From: Burkholderiales bacterium
GTDB lineage: Bacteria > Pseudomonadota > Gammaproteobacteria > Burkholderiales > SG8-39
Direction of reading: 5' to 3'
Length of the DNA stretch: 64,000 nt
Assembly: GCA_035459025.1 (NCBI GenBank)
Contig: DATHYT010000034.1
Span: 9,072 to 73,071 of the forward strand
Position 1 is the first letter of the stretch. Every line of letters starts with the position of its first letter. Positions 10,175 through 19,453 of this stretch are shown here, piece after piece. The position numbers and the translations under genes are program-made. The notes beneath the pieces were generated by a model. That model made no database searches and had not been told where the DNA came from. It saw only the letters and a program-made list of their open reading frames with translations.

Positions 10175-11005
10175 ATGAGCAAGGGGTGGTTCGGGATCAC
10201 GGCAGCCGTGCTGCTGGGACTGGTGATCGCAATGCCGGAAGCGGAGGCGCGCCGCCTGGGCGGCGCGCGCTCGCTCGGCGTGCAACGTAACGTCACGGCG
10301 CCGCCCGCGGCCGTGCCGGCCAAGCCGGCGCAGGCCGCGCCGGCGGCACCTGCAGCGGGCACGGGCAGCAAGCTCGCGCCGATGCTCGGCGGACTCGCCC
10401 TCGGCGGGCTGCTCGGCGCTTTCTTCGCCGGCAATCCGGTCCTCGGCACGCTGCTTACCGCGCTCCTCGTCGGCATGCTGGTGTTTGCAGGCATCGCCCT
10501 GGTGCGCGTGCTGCGCGCGCCGCGCACCGCACCACCAGCGTTCCAGTACGCGGGCCTGGGCAGCGAGACGGTGGCCGCGCCGCCGCCGTCGCAGGCCGCG
10601 GGGTTGGAGGCGCGCGAGCCGAGCAGCCCGGCGCGCGCGCACCTGCCCGCGGGCTTCGACGCCGCAGGGTTCCTGCGCGCCGCCAAGGAGAACTTCATCC
10701 GCCTGCAAATCGCGAACGACAGCGGCGAGCTCGAAGCGCTGCGCGACATGACCACCACCGGCATGTTCGAGGCGCTCCGCAACGACGCCGGCGCGGGGCA
10801 GCAAACCGACGTGGTGACGCTGAGCGCCGACCTGCTCGAGGTGACGACCGAGGGCGGCCGGCACTGGGCGAGCGTGCGCTTTTCGGGCCTGGTGCGGGAG
10901 GCACCCGGGGCGGAGCCCGTGAGCTTCGAGGAGGTGTGGAACCTGACGAAGCCCGCCGACGGCTCCAGCGGGTGGCTGCTGGCCGGCATCCAGCAGATGC
11001 ACTGA
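10175..11005 (+). CDS. Tim44-like domain membrane protein of the ubi cluster
   Basis: AAAGGAG Shine-Dalgarno 11 nt upstream of ATG 10175. Signal/anchor sequence, Ala/Pro-rich linker and a C-terminal Tim44-like domain (FDAAGFLRAAKENFIRLQIANDSG...WLLAGIQQ). Confidence 0.8.
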   Translation: MSKGWFGITAAVLLGLVIAMPEAEARRLGGARSLGVQRNVTAPPAAVPAKPAQAAPAAPAAGTGSKLAPMLGGLALGGLLGAFFAGNPVLGTLLTALLVGMLVFAGIALVRVLRAPRTAPPAFQYAGLGSETVAAPPPSQAAGLEAREPSSPARAHLPAGFDAAGFLRAAKENFIRLQIANDSGELEALRDMTTTGMFEALRNDAGAGQQTDVVTLSADLLEVTTEGGRHWASVRFSGLVREAPGAEPVSFEEVWNLTKPADGSSGWLLAGIQQMH

Positions 11006-11022
11006 TCGCTCTATACTCCGGA

Positions 11023-11053
11023 GGGGCCACCCTAGGGTGGCCCTTTTTGTTTT
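11023..11053 (+). terminator. rho-independent terminator-like hairpin between the Tim44-like gene and ubiJ
   Basis: Perfect palindrome GGGCCACCC-TA-GGGTGGCCC (11024-11043) followed by TTTTTGTTTT (11044-11053), 18 nt after the TGA at 11003-11005. Confidence 0.5.
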
Positions 11054-11054
11054 C

Positions 11055-11621
11055 ATGGCCACGCTCGAATCCCCGCTGGTACTGGCGCTGAACCGGCTGC
11101 TCGAGGCCGAGGGCTGGGCGCGCGAGCGCCTGGCGCCCTTTGCCGGAGAAACGGTGGAACTGCGCGCGCCGCCGCTGCCGGCGCTGCGCTTTTCCATCGT
11201 CGAGGGCGGCCGGCTCGCGCCCGGCACTGCCGCGAGCCTCACGCTGACGCTGCGGCCCGATTCGCTGCCGGCGCTGCTGCGGGGCGAGGAGCATTTCATG
11301 CGCACCGTCGGCATCGACGGCAACGCGCAACTGGCGCGCGAAGTCCTGCATCTCGCGCGCCACCTGCGCTGGGACGCCGAGGAGGATCTGTCGCGCCTGG
11401 TGGGCGACGCGGCCGCGCACCGCGCGGTGATGCTGGCGCGCGATTTCGCCGCCTGGCAGCTCGACGCCGGTCGCCGGCTCGCCGAGGCCTTCATGGAGTA
11501 CGCGCAGGAGGAAGGGCGCCTGCTCGCGCCGCGCGCCGGGTACGCGGCCTTCGCCGCCGAGGTGGCGCAGCTGCGCGACGCGCTGGAGCGCCTGGAAAAG
11601 CGCATCGGGCGCCTTGCATGA
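11055..11621 (+). CDS. ubiJ: SCP2-domain ubiquinone biosynthesis accessory factor UbiJ
   Basis: Positioned between ubiE/Tim44-like and ubi[26 protein letters not shown]... is SCP2-like, with a coiled C-terminus. ATG 11055 is preferred over GTG 11037, which lies inside the hairpin. Confidence 0.7.
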   Translation: MATLESPLVLALNRLLEAEGWARERLAPFAGETVELRAPPLPALRFSIVEGGRLAPGTAASLTLTLRPDSLPALLRGEEHFMRTVGIDGNAQLAREVLHLARHLRWDAEEDLSRLVGDAAAHRAVMLARDFAAWQLDAGRRLAEAFMEYAQEEGRLLAPRAGYAAFAAEVAQLRDALERLEKRIGRLA

Positions 11622-13090
11622 GGCGGCTTGCGCGCATCGTCTGGGTGGCGCTCCGGTTCCGGCTGTATCGCTTCTGGCCGCGTTTCGCGCGGGCCGCCGA
11701 CCCCGAGCGCGCAGTGCGGCTGCGCCGCGCGCTGGAGACGCTCGGGCCGATCTTCGTCAAGTTCGGGCAGGTGCTCTCCACGCGTCGCGACCTCCTGCCG
11801 CTCGACATCGCCGACGAGCTGGCAAAGCTCCAGGATCGGGTGCCGCCGTTCGACCCGGTACTGGCGCGCGCCGAGATCGAGCGCGGCATCGGCAAGCCGA
11901 TCGACGCGGTGTTCTCGAGCTTCGAGCGCGAGGCGGTGGCGAGCGCCTCCATTGCCCAGGTGCACCTCGCGCGGCTCCACGACGGCGCCGAGGTGGCGGT
12001 GAAGGTGCTGCGCCCGGGCGTCGAGCGCGCCATCGCGCGCGACGTGGCGCTGCTCGAAACCGCGGCACGGCTGGTGGAGCTGCTGTGGGCCGATGGCCGG
12101 CGCCTCAAGCCGCGCGAGGTGGTGGCGGAGTTCGCGCGCCACCTGGAGGAGGAGCTGGACCTATTGCGCGAGGCGGCGAGCGCGAGCCAGCTGCGGCGCA
12201 ACTTCGAGGCTTCGGTGCTGCTCGCCGTGCCGCGCGTGTACTGGGACTGGTGCAGCCAGCGCGTGATGGTGATGGAGCGCATGCACGGCACGCCGGTCTC
12301 CCAGGTCGAGCGCCTGCGCGAGAAGGGCGTCGACATCCCGCGCCTGGCGCGCGCCGGCGTCGAGATCTTCTTCACCCAGGTATTTCGCGACGGCTTCTTT
12401 CACGCCGACATGCACCCGGGGAACATCCTCGTCACCGACGAGGGCCAGTACGTCGCGCTCGACTTCGGCATCATGGGCACGCTGACCGAAACCGACAAGA
12501 ACTACCTGGCGCAGAACTTTCTCGCCTTCTTCAAACGCGACTACCGGCGCGTGGCGCAGGCGCACCTGGATGCGGGCTGGGTGCCCGAGGGCACGCGCAT
12601 CGACGATTTCGAGGGCGCGATCCGCGCCGTGTGCGAGCCGATCTTCGCGCGCCCGCTGAAGGAGATCTACTTCGGCAAGCTGCTGCTGCGCCTGTTCCAG
12701 ACCTCGCGCCGCTTCAACGTCGAGATCCAGCCGCAACTGGTGCTGCTGCAAAAGACGCTGCTCAACATCGAAGGCCTCGGGCGCACGCTCGATCCCGACC
12801 TCGACCTCTGGCAGACGGCGAAGCCCTACCTCGAGCGCTGGATGAGCGAGCAGATCGGCTGGCGCGGCTTGGCGCGCGCGCTCGCCCAGGAAGCGCCCAC
12901 CTGGGCGGCGACGCTGCCGCAGCTGCCGCGACTCGCGCACCGGCTGCTGGCCGAAGACCGGCTCGGCGCGCTGGAGCGCGCGCTGGCGCGGATCGGCGAG
13001 CAGAACGTGCGTCGCAATCGTCTGCTCGCGGCGATCGCGGCGCTGCTTGCCGCGGCGCTGATTCTCATTATGATGGCGGCGGCATGCTGA
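11618..13090 (+). CDS. ubiB: ubiquinone biosynthesis regulatory protein kinase UbiB (ABC1/ADCK family)
   Basis: ATG overlaps the ubiJ stop (ATGA). [48 protein letters not shown]. Hydrophobic C-terminal tail. Confidence 0.92.
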   Translation: MRRLARIVWVALRFRLYRFWPRFARAADPERAVRLRRALETLGPIFVKFGQVLSTRRDLLPLDIADELAKLQDRVPPFDPVLARAEIERGIGKPIDAVFSSFEREAVASASIAQVHLARLHDGAEVAVKVLRPGVERAIARDVALLETAARLVELLWADGRRLKPREVVAEFARHLEEELDLLREAASASQLRRNFEASVLLAVPRVYWDWCSQRVMVMERMHGTPVSQVERLREKGVDIPRLARAGVEIFFTQVFRDGFFHADMHPGNILVTDEGQYVALDFGIMGTLTETDKNYLAQNFLAFFKRDYRRVAQAHLDAGWVPEGTRIDDFEGAIRAVCEPIFARPLKEIYFGKLLLRLFQTSRRFNVEIQPQLVLLQKTLLNIEGLGRTLDPDLDLWQTAKPYLERWMSEQIGWRGLARALAQEAPTWAATLPQLPRLAHRLLAEDRLGALERALARIGEQNVRRNRLLAAIAALLAAALILIMMAAAC

Positions 13091-14514
13091 TCGCCTTCGT
13101 TGCGCTCTATCTCGTGGCCTCGATCGCCATCGGCTTGTGGGCGGCGCGGCGCGTGCACAACTCGCGCGACTACGTGGTCGCCGGCCGCAGCCTGCCGCTC
13201 TACATGAGCTTCGCGCTGGTGTTCGCGACCTGGTTCGGCGCCGAGACCGTGCTCGGCGTCTCGGCCACCTTCCTGAAGGACGGCATGGGTGGCATCGTCG
13301 CCGACCCGTTCGGCTTTTCCTTCTGCCTGGTGCTGATTGCGCTGTTTTTCGCGCGCGCGTTCTACCGCCTGAACCTGCTCACCATCGGCGACTTCTACCG
13401 CAAGCGCTACAACAAGCCCGTCGAGGTCGCCACCAGCGTGTGCATCACGCTGTCGTACCTCGGCTGGACCTCGGCGCAGTTCACCGCGCTTGGGTTCGTG
13501 TTCCACGCGCTCTCGGGCGGCGCGATTCCCCTGCACTGGGGCATCGCGCTGGGCGCCGGCTGCGTGCTTGTCTACACATTGTTCGGCGGCATGTTCTCCA
13601 TCGCCTACACGGACCTGTTCCAGACCACCATCATCATCGTCGGCCTGATCTACCTCGCGTTTCTGCTCGGCGGCATGGCGGGCGGGCCGGGCGCGGTGCT
13701 GGCGCACGCGGCGCAGGCCGACAAGTTCCAGTTTTGGCCCAAGCCCGAGCTGAAGGAGATCCTCGCCTTCGTCGCCGCCTTCCTCACGGCCGCGCTCGGC
13801 TCGATTCCGCAGCAGGACGTGTTCCAGCGCGTGACTTCGGCCAAAGACGCCGACACCGCGGTGCGCGGCACGATGCTCGGCGGCATCGTCTACTTCTTCA
13901 TGGCGTTCGTGCCGATCTACCTTGCCTACTCGGCGCTGCTCATCGACCCGCAGATGGTGGCGCCGCTCATCGAGGGCGATGCGAACGAGAACCAGCTCAT
14001 CCTGCCCAACCTGATCCTGGGGCACACGCCGGTCTTCGCGCAGGTGATGTTCTTTGGCGCGCTGCTCTCGGCGATCATGTCCTCGGCTTCGGGCGCGCTG
14101 CTCGCGCCGACGTCGCTCTTTACCGAGAACGTGCTGCGCCCGTTCCTGCCGAACATGAGCGACCGGCAGTTCCTGCTCACGCTGCGCCTCGTGCTGGTGA
14201 TCTTCGCCCTCGCGGTGCTGGTGTTCGCGCTGGAGAGCGACGCCAGCATCTACCAGATGGTGCAGAACGCCTACAAGGTGACGCTGGTCTCGGCGTTCGC
14301 GCCGCTGGTGCTCGGCCTGTTCTGGAACCGCGCCACCACCGCGGGCGCGCTGCTCTCGGTGGTGCTCGGCCTGGTGACGTGGCTGCTCATGGAGGCCGTC
14401 GCCCCGGAGGCGCTCGTGCCGCCGCAGCTCGTCGGTCTCGCGGCGTCGTTCCTCGGCATGGTGGTCGGCAGCCTCGCCTCGCGGCCGGCGCACGCGCGGG
14501 CGCACCCCGGATAG
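13084..14514 (+). CDS. sodium:solute symporter family (SSF) transporter
   Basis: ATG 13084 overlaps the ubiB end by 7 nt. 476 aa with about 12-13 TM helices. N-terminus [30 protein letters not shown] is typical of SSF. Confidence 0.85.
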   Translation: MLIAFVALYLVASIAIGLWAARRVHNSRDYVVAGRSLPLYMSFALVFATWFGAETVLGVSATFLKDGMGGIVADPFGFSFCLVLIALFFARAFYRLNLLTIGDFYRKRYNKPVEVATSVCITLSYLGWTSAQFTALGFVFHALSGGAIPLHWGIALGAGCVLVYTLFGGMFSIAYTDLFQTTIIIVGLIYLAFLLGGMAGGPGAVLAHAAQADKFQFWPKPELKEILAFVAAFLTAALGSIPQQDVFQRVTSAKDADTAVRGTMLGGIVYFFMAFVPIYLAYSALLIDPQMVAPLIEGDANENQLILPNLILGHTPVFAQVMFFGALLSAIMSSASGALLAPTSLFTENVLRPFLPNMSDRQFLLTLRLVLVIFALAVLVFALESDASIYQMVQNAYKVTLVSAFAPLVLGLFWNRATTAGALLSVVLGLVTWLLMEAVAPEALVPPQLVGLAASFLGMVVGSLASRPAHARAHPG

Positions 14515-14517
14515 CGC

Positions 14518-15576
14518 GTGCGCGGCTCGCCGCTCGCACGCCTGCTCCTTTTCGTCTACGCGCTGCTCGTCGTCTACGCGTCGCTGCACCCGCTCGCGGG
14601 GTGGCGCGACCACGGTCTCATGCCGTTCGAGTTCCTCGCCGCGCCGTGGCCGCGGCACGTGGTCCTGTTCGACGTCGCGGCCGACGTCGTCGGCTACGCC
14701 GCGCTCGGCGCGCTCGCCGTGCTCGCATGGCACCCGCGGCTGCGGCGCGGCCGCGCGGTGCTCGCGGCCACCGCGCTGGGCCTGGTGCTGTCGGTCGTCC
14801 TGGAGTCGGTGCAGACCTATCTGCCGACGCGCGTCGCGTCCAACGTGGACGTGCTGTGCAACACGGCCGGCGCGCTCGCCGGCGCGCTCGCGGGCCTCGC
14901 GTTCGCGCCGCTGTCGCCCGCGCTGCGCGGCTGGCGCGCGCGCCTCTTCCTGCCCGGCACGCTGTCGGACCTGGGCGTCGCGCTGCTCGGCCTGTGGCTG
15001 TTCATGCAGCTCAATCCGGCGATGCTGCTGTTCGGCGGCGGCGACCTGCGCAACCTGATCGCTGGCCCGGGCGGGGCGGCGCGCGCGCCGGAGTTCTTCG
15101 CCGCCATCGAGGCGATCACCGCCGCCGCCAACCTCGCTGCGCTGGCGCTGCTTGCCTCGGTGATCGTCGCGCCCGGCGCGCCGGTGCGGCGGCTCGTGCT
15201 GCTCCTGCTCACGGCCGCGCTCGCCGTGAAGACGCTTGCGTTCACGATCATCCTGCGCGCGCAGGACGTCTTCGCCTGGCTCACGCCGGGAGCGCAGCGC
15301 GGCCTCGCCGCGGGGCTCGTGCTTGCGATGCTCGCGGTGGCGCTGCCGCGCGTGGCGCGCATGGCGCTCGCCGCGGTCCTGCTCACGGCGGCCGCCGTGC
15401 TGGTCAATCACGCGCCACCCAACCCTTATCTGGCCGAGATTCTCAAGCTCTGGCAGCAGGGGCACTTCCTCAACTTCAACGGCCTCACGCGCCTGGTGGC
15501 CACGCTGTGGCCCTTCGCCGCCGTCGCCTACCTGATCGTGCTGGCGGCGCGGCGCCGCGACGAGGGGCTGCTGTAG
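14518..15576 (+). CDS. VanZ-like family membrane protein
   Basis: GTG start 3 nt after the previous stop. LLFVYALLVVYASLHPL...ESVQTYLPTRVASNVDVLCNTAGALAG is VanZ-like and is followed by further TM helices. Confidence 0.7.
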   Translation: MRGSPLARLLLFVYALLVVYASLHPLAGWRDHGLMPFEFLAAPWPRHVVLFDVAADVVGYAALGALAVLAWHPRLRRGRAVLAATALGLVLSVVLESVQTYLPTRVASNVDVLCNTAGALAGALAGLAFAPLSPALRGWRARLFLPGTLSDLGVALLGLWLFMQLNPAMLLFGGGDLRNLIAGPGGAARAPEFFAAIEAITAAANLAALALLASVIVAPGAPVRRLVLLLLTAALAVKTLAFTIILRAQDVFAWLTPGAQRGLAAGLVLAMLAVALPRVARMALAAVLLTAAAVLVNHAPPNPYLAEILKLWQQGHFLNFNGLTRLVATLWPFAAVAYLIVLAARRRDEGLL

Positions 15577-15588
15577 AATTCGCGCCCC

Positions 15589-15903
15589 ATGTCCTACTAC
15601 GAGCGCCACGTCTTCTTCTGCTGCAACCGGCGCGACGCCTCCGACCCGCGCGGCTGCTGCAGCGCCAAGGGCGCTTCGGACATGCGCGACTACGCGAAGC
15701 AGCGCGTCAAGGAGCTCAAGCTCGCGGGCGCGGGCAAGGTGCGCATCAACCAGGCCGGGTGCCTCGATCGCTGCGAACAGGGGCCCTGCGCCGTGGTGTA
15801 TCCGGATGCCGTCTGGTACACCTACGTGGACCGCGGCGACATCGACGAGATCATCGAGGAGCACCTGCGGCACGGCCGCATCGTCGAGCGCCTGAGGATC
15901 TGA
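15589..15903 (+). CDS. thioredoxin-like [2Fe-2S] ferredoxin
   Basis: 104 aa: HVFFCCNRR...RGCCSAKG...GCLDRCEQGPCAVVYPD. This is the Cys pattern of the (2Fe-2S) ferredoxin domain family. Confidence 0.8.
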   Translation: MSYYERHVFFCCNRRDASDPRGCCSAKGASDMRDYAKQRVKELKLAGAGKVRINQAGCLDRCEQGPCAVVYPDAVWYTYVDRGDIDEIIEEHLRHGRIVERLRI

Positions 15904-16496
15904 TGCGTCCGGTGACACGGCGCGAGACGGTCCACGGACCCGCCGGCGGCATCGAGTGCGCCGTGGACGAGCCGAAAGGCGCGGCGCGCGGCGTCGCGCT
16001 GATCGCGCATCCGCACCCGCTGTACGGCGGCACGCTTGACAACAAGGTGGTGCAGACTTTGTCGCGGGCCATGGTCGAGCTGGGCTACGCAGCCTGGCGG
16101 CCGAACTTCCGCGGCGTCGGCAGAAGCGAAGGCCGCTATGACGAGGGTCGCGGCGAGGTCGAGGACCTGGCGGCAGTGCTCGAGCATGTGCGGGCGGAGC
16201 GCCCGGTACTGGCCGGGTTTTCCTTTGGCGCGGCGATGCAGGCGAAGCTCGCGGGGCGCGTCGCGCCGGAGCGCATGGTGCTGGTCGGCATCGCGGTAAA
16301 CCATTTCGAGGCGCCCACCGTGCCCGCCAATACCCTGCTGATCCACGGCGAGAACGACGTCACGGTGCCGATCGCGGCGGTGCGCGACTGGGCCGAGCCG
16401 CAGGGCCTGGCGCTCGTCGTCGTGCCGGGGGCGGACCACTTCTTCCACCGCAAGCTGCCCGAGTTGAGAAGCGCGGTCACCGCGAACTGGACCTGA
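15903..16496 (+). CDS. alpha/beta hydrolase (small, about 197 aa)
   Basis: ATG overlaps the ferredoxin stop (TGATG). IAHPHPLYGGTLDNKVV, nucleophile elbow GFSFGA, C-terminal GADHFF. Confidence 0.75.
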   Translation: MRPVTRRETVHGPAGGIECAVDEPKGAARGVALIAHPHPLYGGTLDNKVVQTLSRAMVELGYAAWRPNFRGVGRSEGRYDEGRGEVEDLAAVLEHVRAERPVLAGFSFGAAMQAKLAGRVAPERMVLVGIAVNHFEAPTVPANTLLIHGENDVTVPIAAVRDWAEPQGLALVVVPGADHFFHRKLPELRSAVTANWT

Positions 16497-16497
16497 C

Positions 16498-16911
16498 ATG
16501 CTCTGGGTCAAGTCGCTGCACATCATCTTCATCGTCACGTGGTTCGCGGGCCTGTTCTACCTGCCGCGGCTCTTCGTCTATCACGCGCTGTCCCCCGACA
16601 CGCTGTCGCGCGAGCGCTTCAAGCTGATGGAGCGCAAGCTCTATTGGGGCATCATGACGCCGAGCGGCGTATTGGCGCTCTTTTTCGGCCTGTGGCTGTG
16701 GCTCGGCTGGGGCTTCGGCGGGACATGGCTCACCGCCAAGCTGGCGCTCGCCGCGCTGCTCGCCGCCTACCACCTGTGGTGCGGCAAGCTGATGCGCGAC
16801 TTCCGCGACGAGCGCAACCGCCGCTCGCACGTCTGGTTCCGCTGGTTCAACGAGTTTCCGGTGCTGGTGCTCTTCGCCGCGGTCTTCCTTGCCGTCTTCA
16901 AGCCCGCCTGA
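16498..16911 (+). CDS. hemJ: protoporphyrinogen IX oxidase HemJ
   Basis: MLWVKSLHIIFIVTWFAGLFYLPRLFVYH...LYWGIMTP. 137 aa with 4 TM helices, a classic HemJ/UPF0093 sequence. Confidence 0.85.
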   Translation: MLWVKSLHIIFIVTWFAGLFYLPRLFVYHALSPDTLSRERFKLMERKLYWGIMTPSGVLALFFGLWLWLGWGFGGTWLTAKLALAALLAAYHLWCGKLMRDFRDERNRRSHVWFRWFNEFPVLVLFAAVFLAVFKPA

Positions 16912-18046
16912 GGCGTTCTTCGCCTCCTGCCCCCGGGGGCTCGAGCCGGTGCTCGCCGCGGAGCTGAGCTCCTTCGGCGCTGCCTCGCCGGCGCCTGTCG
17001 CGGGCGGGGTCGCGTTCGGCGGCAGCTGGGAAACCTGCTACCGCGCGAACCTCTGGTCACGCATTGCCTCGCGCGTGCTATGGCGCGTGGCGAGGTTCGA
17101 CTACGCATCGGAGGACGAGGTCTACGACGCGGCGCGCGCGGTGAACTGGTTCGACCTGTTCGACGTGAACCGGACGCTGCGCGTCTCCGTCACGGCGCAG
17201 AAGAGCCCGCTGAAGAGCCTGGAGTTCGCGACGCTGCGCGTGAAGGACGCGGTGTGCGACCGCTTTCGCGACGATGTCGGGCGCCGGCCCGACGTCGATC
17301 GCGCCGCGCCCGAGGTGCGCGTGCACCTGTTCCTCGAGGAAAAGCGCGGCACGCTGTACCTGGACACCTCGGGCGAAGGCCTGTTCAAGCGCGGCTGGCG
17401 CATGCAGACGGTGGAAGCGCCGCTGCGCGAGAACCTGGCGGCAGGGATCGTGATGCTGACGGGCTGGAAGTTCGACCAGCCGCTGCTCGACCCCATGTGC
17501 GGGGGCGCGACGCTGCTGGTGGAGGCCGCGGCGATGGCGCGCGGGCGCGCGCCGGGGATGAAGCGCAGCTTCGGTTTCGAAAAGCTGGATTCGTTCAATG
17601 GCGCGCTCTGGAAGTCGCTGCGCGATGAGGCGGCACAGCCGGCGGCCAAGGCGCCGAAGCTCAGGCTCTTCGGCAGCGATTCCAACGCCGCGGCGCTGAC
17701 CGCGGCGCGGCGCAACCTCGGCGCCGCGGGCGTGGAGCGCTGGGTGACGCTGGAAGCGAGCGACGTGCTCTCGCGCAAGGCGCCGGCGGATTCTGGCGTG
17801 ATGATCGCCAACCCGCCGTATGGCGAGCGCATCGGCGAGTCCGAGGAGCTGGCGCGCTTCTACCCGAAGCTCGGCGATGCGCTGAAGAGGAACTTCGCCG
17901 GCTGGAACTGCTTCTTCTTCACCGCCGATCGGCGCATGGAGAAGCTCATTCGCCTGCAGACCTCACGGCGCACGCCGCTCTACAACGGCGCGCTGGAGTG
18001 CCGGCTGTTCGAGTTCAGGATCGTGGCGGGGAGCCACCGGGACTAG
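16889..18046 (+). CDS. THUMP-domain class I SAM-dependent RNA methyltransferase (RlmL-like N6/N2 type)
   Basis: FFASCPRGLEPVLAAEL..., THUMP region, catalytic IANPPYGERIG. The only in-frame start upstream of the conserved N-terminus is TTG 16889, which gives a 23-nt overlap with hemJ. Confidence 0.8.
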   Translation: MPSSSPPEAFFASCPRGLEPVLAAELSSFGAASPAPVAGGVAFGGSWETCYRANLWSRIASRVLWRVARFDYASEDEVYDAARAVNWFDLFDVNRTLRVSVTAQKSPLKSLEFATLRVKDAVCDRFRDDVGRRPDVDRAAPEVRVHLFLEEKRGTLYLDTSGEGLFKRGWRMQTVEAPLRENLAAGIVMLTGWKFDQPLLDPMCGGATLLVEAAAMARGRAPGMKRSFGFEKLDSFNGALWKSLRDEAAQPAAKAPKLRLFGSDSNAAALTAARRNLGAAGVERWVTLEASDVLSRKAPADSGVMIANPPYGERIGESEELARFYPKLGDALKRNFAGWNCFFFTADRRMEKLIRLQTSRRTPLYNGALECRLFEFRIVAGSHRD

Positions 18047-19002
18047 TACAGCAGCGTGAGCAACCGCTCCAGCGCCGCCCGGCGCGCGGGCGGCGTCGGG
18101 GCGAGCATCTTCTCTCGCTGCAGGATCTCGAGAAGCTTGCGCGGCGCGACGTCCTTGTAGCCGACGATCTCGACGTGCCCGGCACCGACCTCGACGTTGG
18201 TCACCTGCGGAAACCGGTCGACCACCGGGTGGTATTGCTCGGCGAGGCTGAAGATGTGGTCGCTTTCGACGCAGGCGCCGTAGGCGTTGCGCCGCCGGCA
18301 GGTGCCGCGCTCGTCGGTCACCACCTTGAGGTAGCGCTGCACGGAGGGCAGCAGCGCGCCCGGCTTGCGGATGAAATCCGAGTGCTTCGTGATTTCGTAC
18401 CAGTTGTCGCCGGTGATCATCCAGCACATGCCGGGCACCGCGCCTAGGCTCAGCCAGTGCAGCGCCGTGAGGCCGCAGTTGCTCGCCACCGCAATGCCGG
18501 AGAGCGGCGCCGAGACGGTGGCGAGCCGCAGGTTCGGATCGGGGTGTCGCCACAGGTGACTGCGCTCGGCCTCGAGCGCCTTGCGCGCCACCAGGCCGCC
18601 CATGCTGTGGCCGACGAGCGTGATGCCGCCGCCGCGCAGCTTGCCATTGAGCTCGTCCAGCGCCGCGATGAGCTGCGCCGAGCTCACCATCAGGCTGTCG
18701 CGGTCGTCGTAGCTGAAGCACACGGCCTGCTGGCCGTGGAACGCGTAGAGCTGCGCCAGCGAGCGGAAATGCCCGGCCGAGCCGTTGCAGCCGTGCACCA
18801 GCACGGTCACCGGGTGGTTCGAGTTGAGGCGGATCGTGCGATCGGGCGAACCCGTGCAGGGACCCAGGCGCGGAATGTTGAGCGCCGTGTCTGGCGCCGG
18901 GAGCCGCCCCGGCTCGAGCGGCTGCGGATTGGGCACGTGCGGCGGCGAGAGCGCGCAGCCGGCGGCGAAGGCCGCCGTGAGCAAGGCGAAGGCGAGCCGC
19001 AT
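18043..19002 (-). CDS. lipoprotein, lipase/esterase-like alpha/beta hydrolase
   Basis: Lipobox LTAAFAAGC, nucleophile elbow LVGHSMGGLV, 319 aa. Its stop shares CTAG with the convergent methyltransferase stop. Confidence 0.8.
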   Translation of the reverse strand: MRLAFALLTAAFAAGCALSPPHVPNPQPLEPGRLPAPDTALNIPRLGPCTGSPDRTIRLNSNHPVTVLVHGCNGSAGHFRSLAQLYAFHGQQAVCFSYDDRDSLMVSSAQLIAALDELNGKLRGGGITLVGHSMGGLVARKALEAERSHLWRHPDPNLRLATVSAPLSGIAVASNCGLTALHWLSLGAVPGMCWMITGDNWYEITKHSDFIRKPGALLPSVQRYLKVVTDERGTCRRRNAYGACVESDHIFSLAEQYHPVVDRFPQVTNVEVGAGHVEIVGYKDVAPRKLLEILQREKMLAPTPPARRAALERLLTLLY

Positions 19003-19008
19003 GAGTCG

Positions 19009-19155
19009 CTAGCGGTCCTTGGGTCTTTCAGCCTGCGGCGCAGGCTGGCTTTCCTCCGGCTTCTTGTAATCGCCGATCACGCCCTTCAGCGGGCAGGCGG
19101 AGTACGCCGGGCACTTCTTGCAGCCGACCGCGAGGGCGACGGGGCACAGGGTCAT
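19009..19155 (-). CDS. 48-aa Cys-rich small protein (below the length cut-off of the supplied ORF track)
   Basis: Strong SD AAGGAGG 6 nt upstream of ATG 19155. Translation MTLCPVALAVGCKKCPAYSACPLKGVIGDYKKPEESQPAPQAERPKDR, TAG at 19009-19011. High GC3. Ends 6 nt before the next gene's ATG. Confidence 0.65.
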   Translation of the reverse strand: MTLCPVALAVGCKKCPAYSACPLKGVIGDYKKPEESQPAPQAERPKDR

Positions 19156-19173
19156 GGCAGTCCTCCTTCGATG

Positions 19174-19452
19174 TCAGCGGCCGCGGGGACCCCGCACCGC
19201 CGGGTTGAGGCGCTCGATGTCGGCACGCACCTGCTGCTGGCTGCGCTCGTAGACGATCTCTCGGCCCATGGCGTTGCCGGCGTAAGCCAACCCGTTTCTC
19301 GTGGGGGTGAGCGCGCAGCGCACGTTGTGCACGCCCTCGCCCAGCACCACCGTGATCACCTCGGCGCGCTTGCTGAACACCACCACGTCCAGGGTCTGGC
19401 CGGTGGCGGTGACGCGGACCTTGATTCTCTCGTCGTGCATGCCGGTGGACAC
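19174..19452 (-). CDS. hypothetical protein (88-92 aa)
   Basis: GTG 19452 lies 1 nt after the upstream stop; an alternative ATG is at 19440. The translation is beta-rich (IKVRVTATGQTLDVVVFSKRAEVITVVLGEG). No family recognised. Coding-like GC3. Confidence 0.6.
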   Translation of the reverse strand: MSTGMHDERIKVRVTATGQTLDVVVFSKRAEVITVVLGEGVHNVRCALTPTRNGLAYAGNAMGREIVYERSQQQVRADIERLNPAVRGPRGR

Positions 19453-19453
19453 T

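Noticed and set aside
12826-15918. Very long alternative-frame ORFs, for example 12826-15918 (-) 1030 aa, 13137-16496 (+) 1119 aa, 45355-48120 (-) 921 aa, 45582-48524 (+) 980 aa, 50629-53790 (-) 1053 aa and 3470-4981 (-) 503 aa.
   Set aside because: Their translations are Arg/Ala/Gly/Pro/His-rich low-complexity strings with no recognisable motifs. They lie entirely over genes in another frame or strand that have strong family signatures. Long stop-free shadow frames are expected at about 70% GC.
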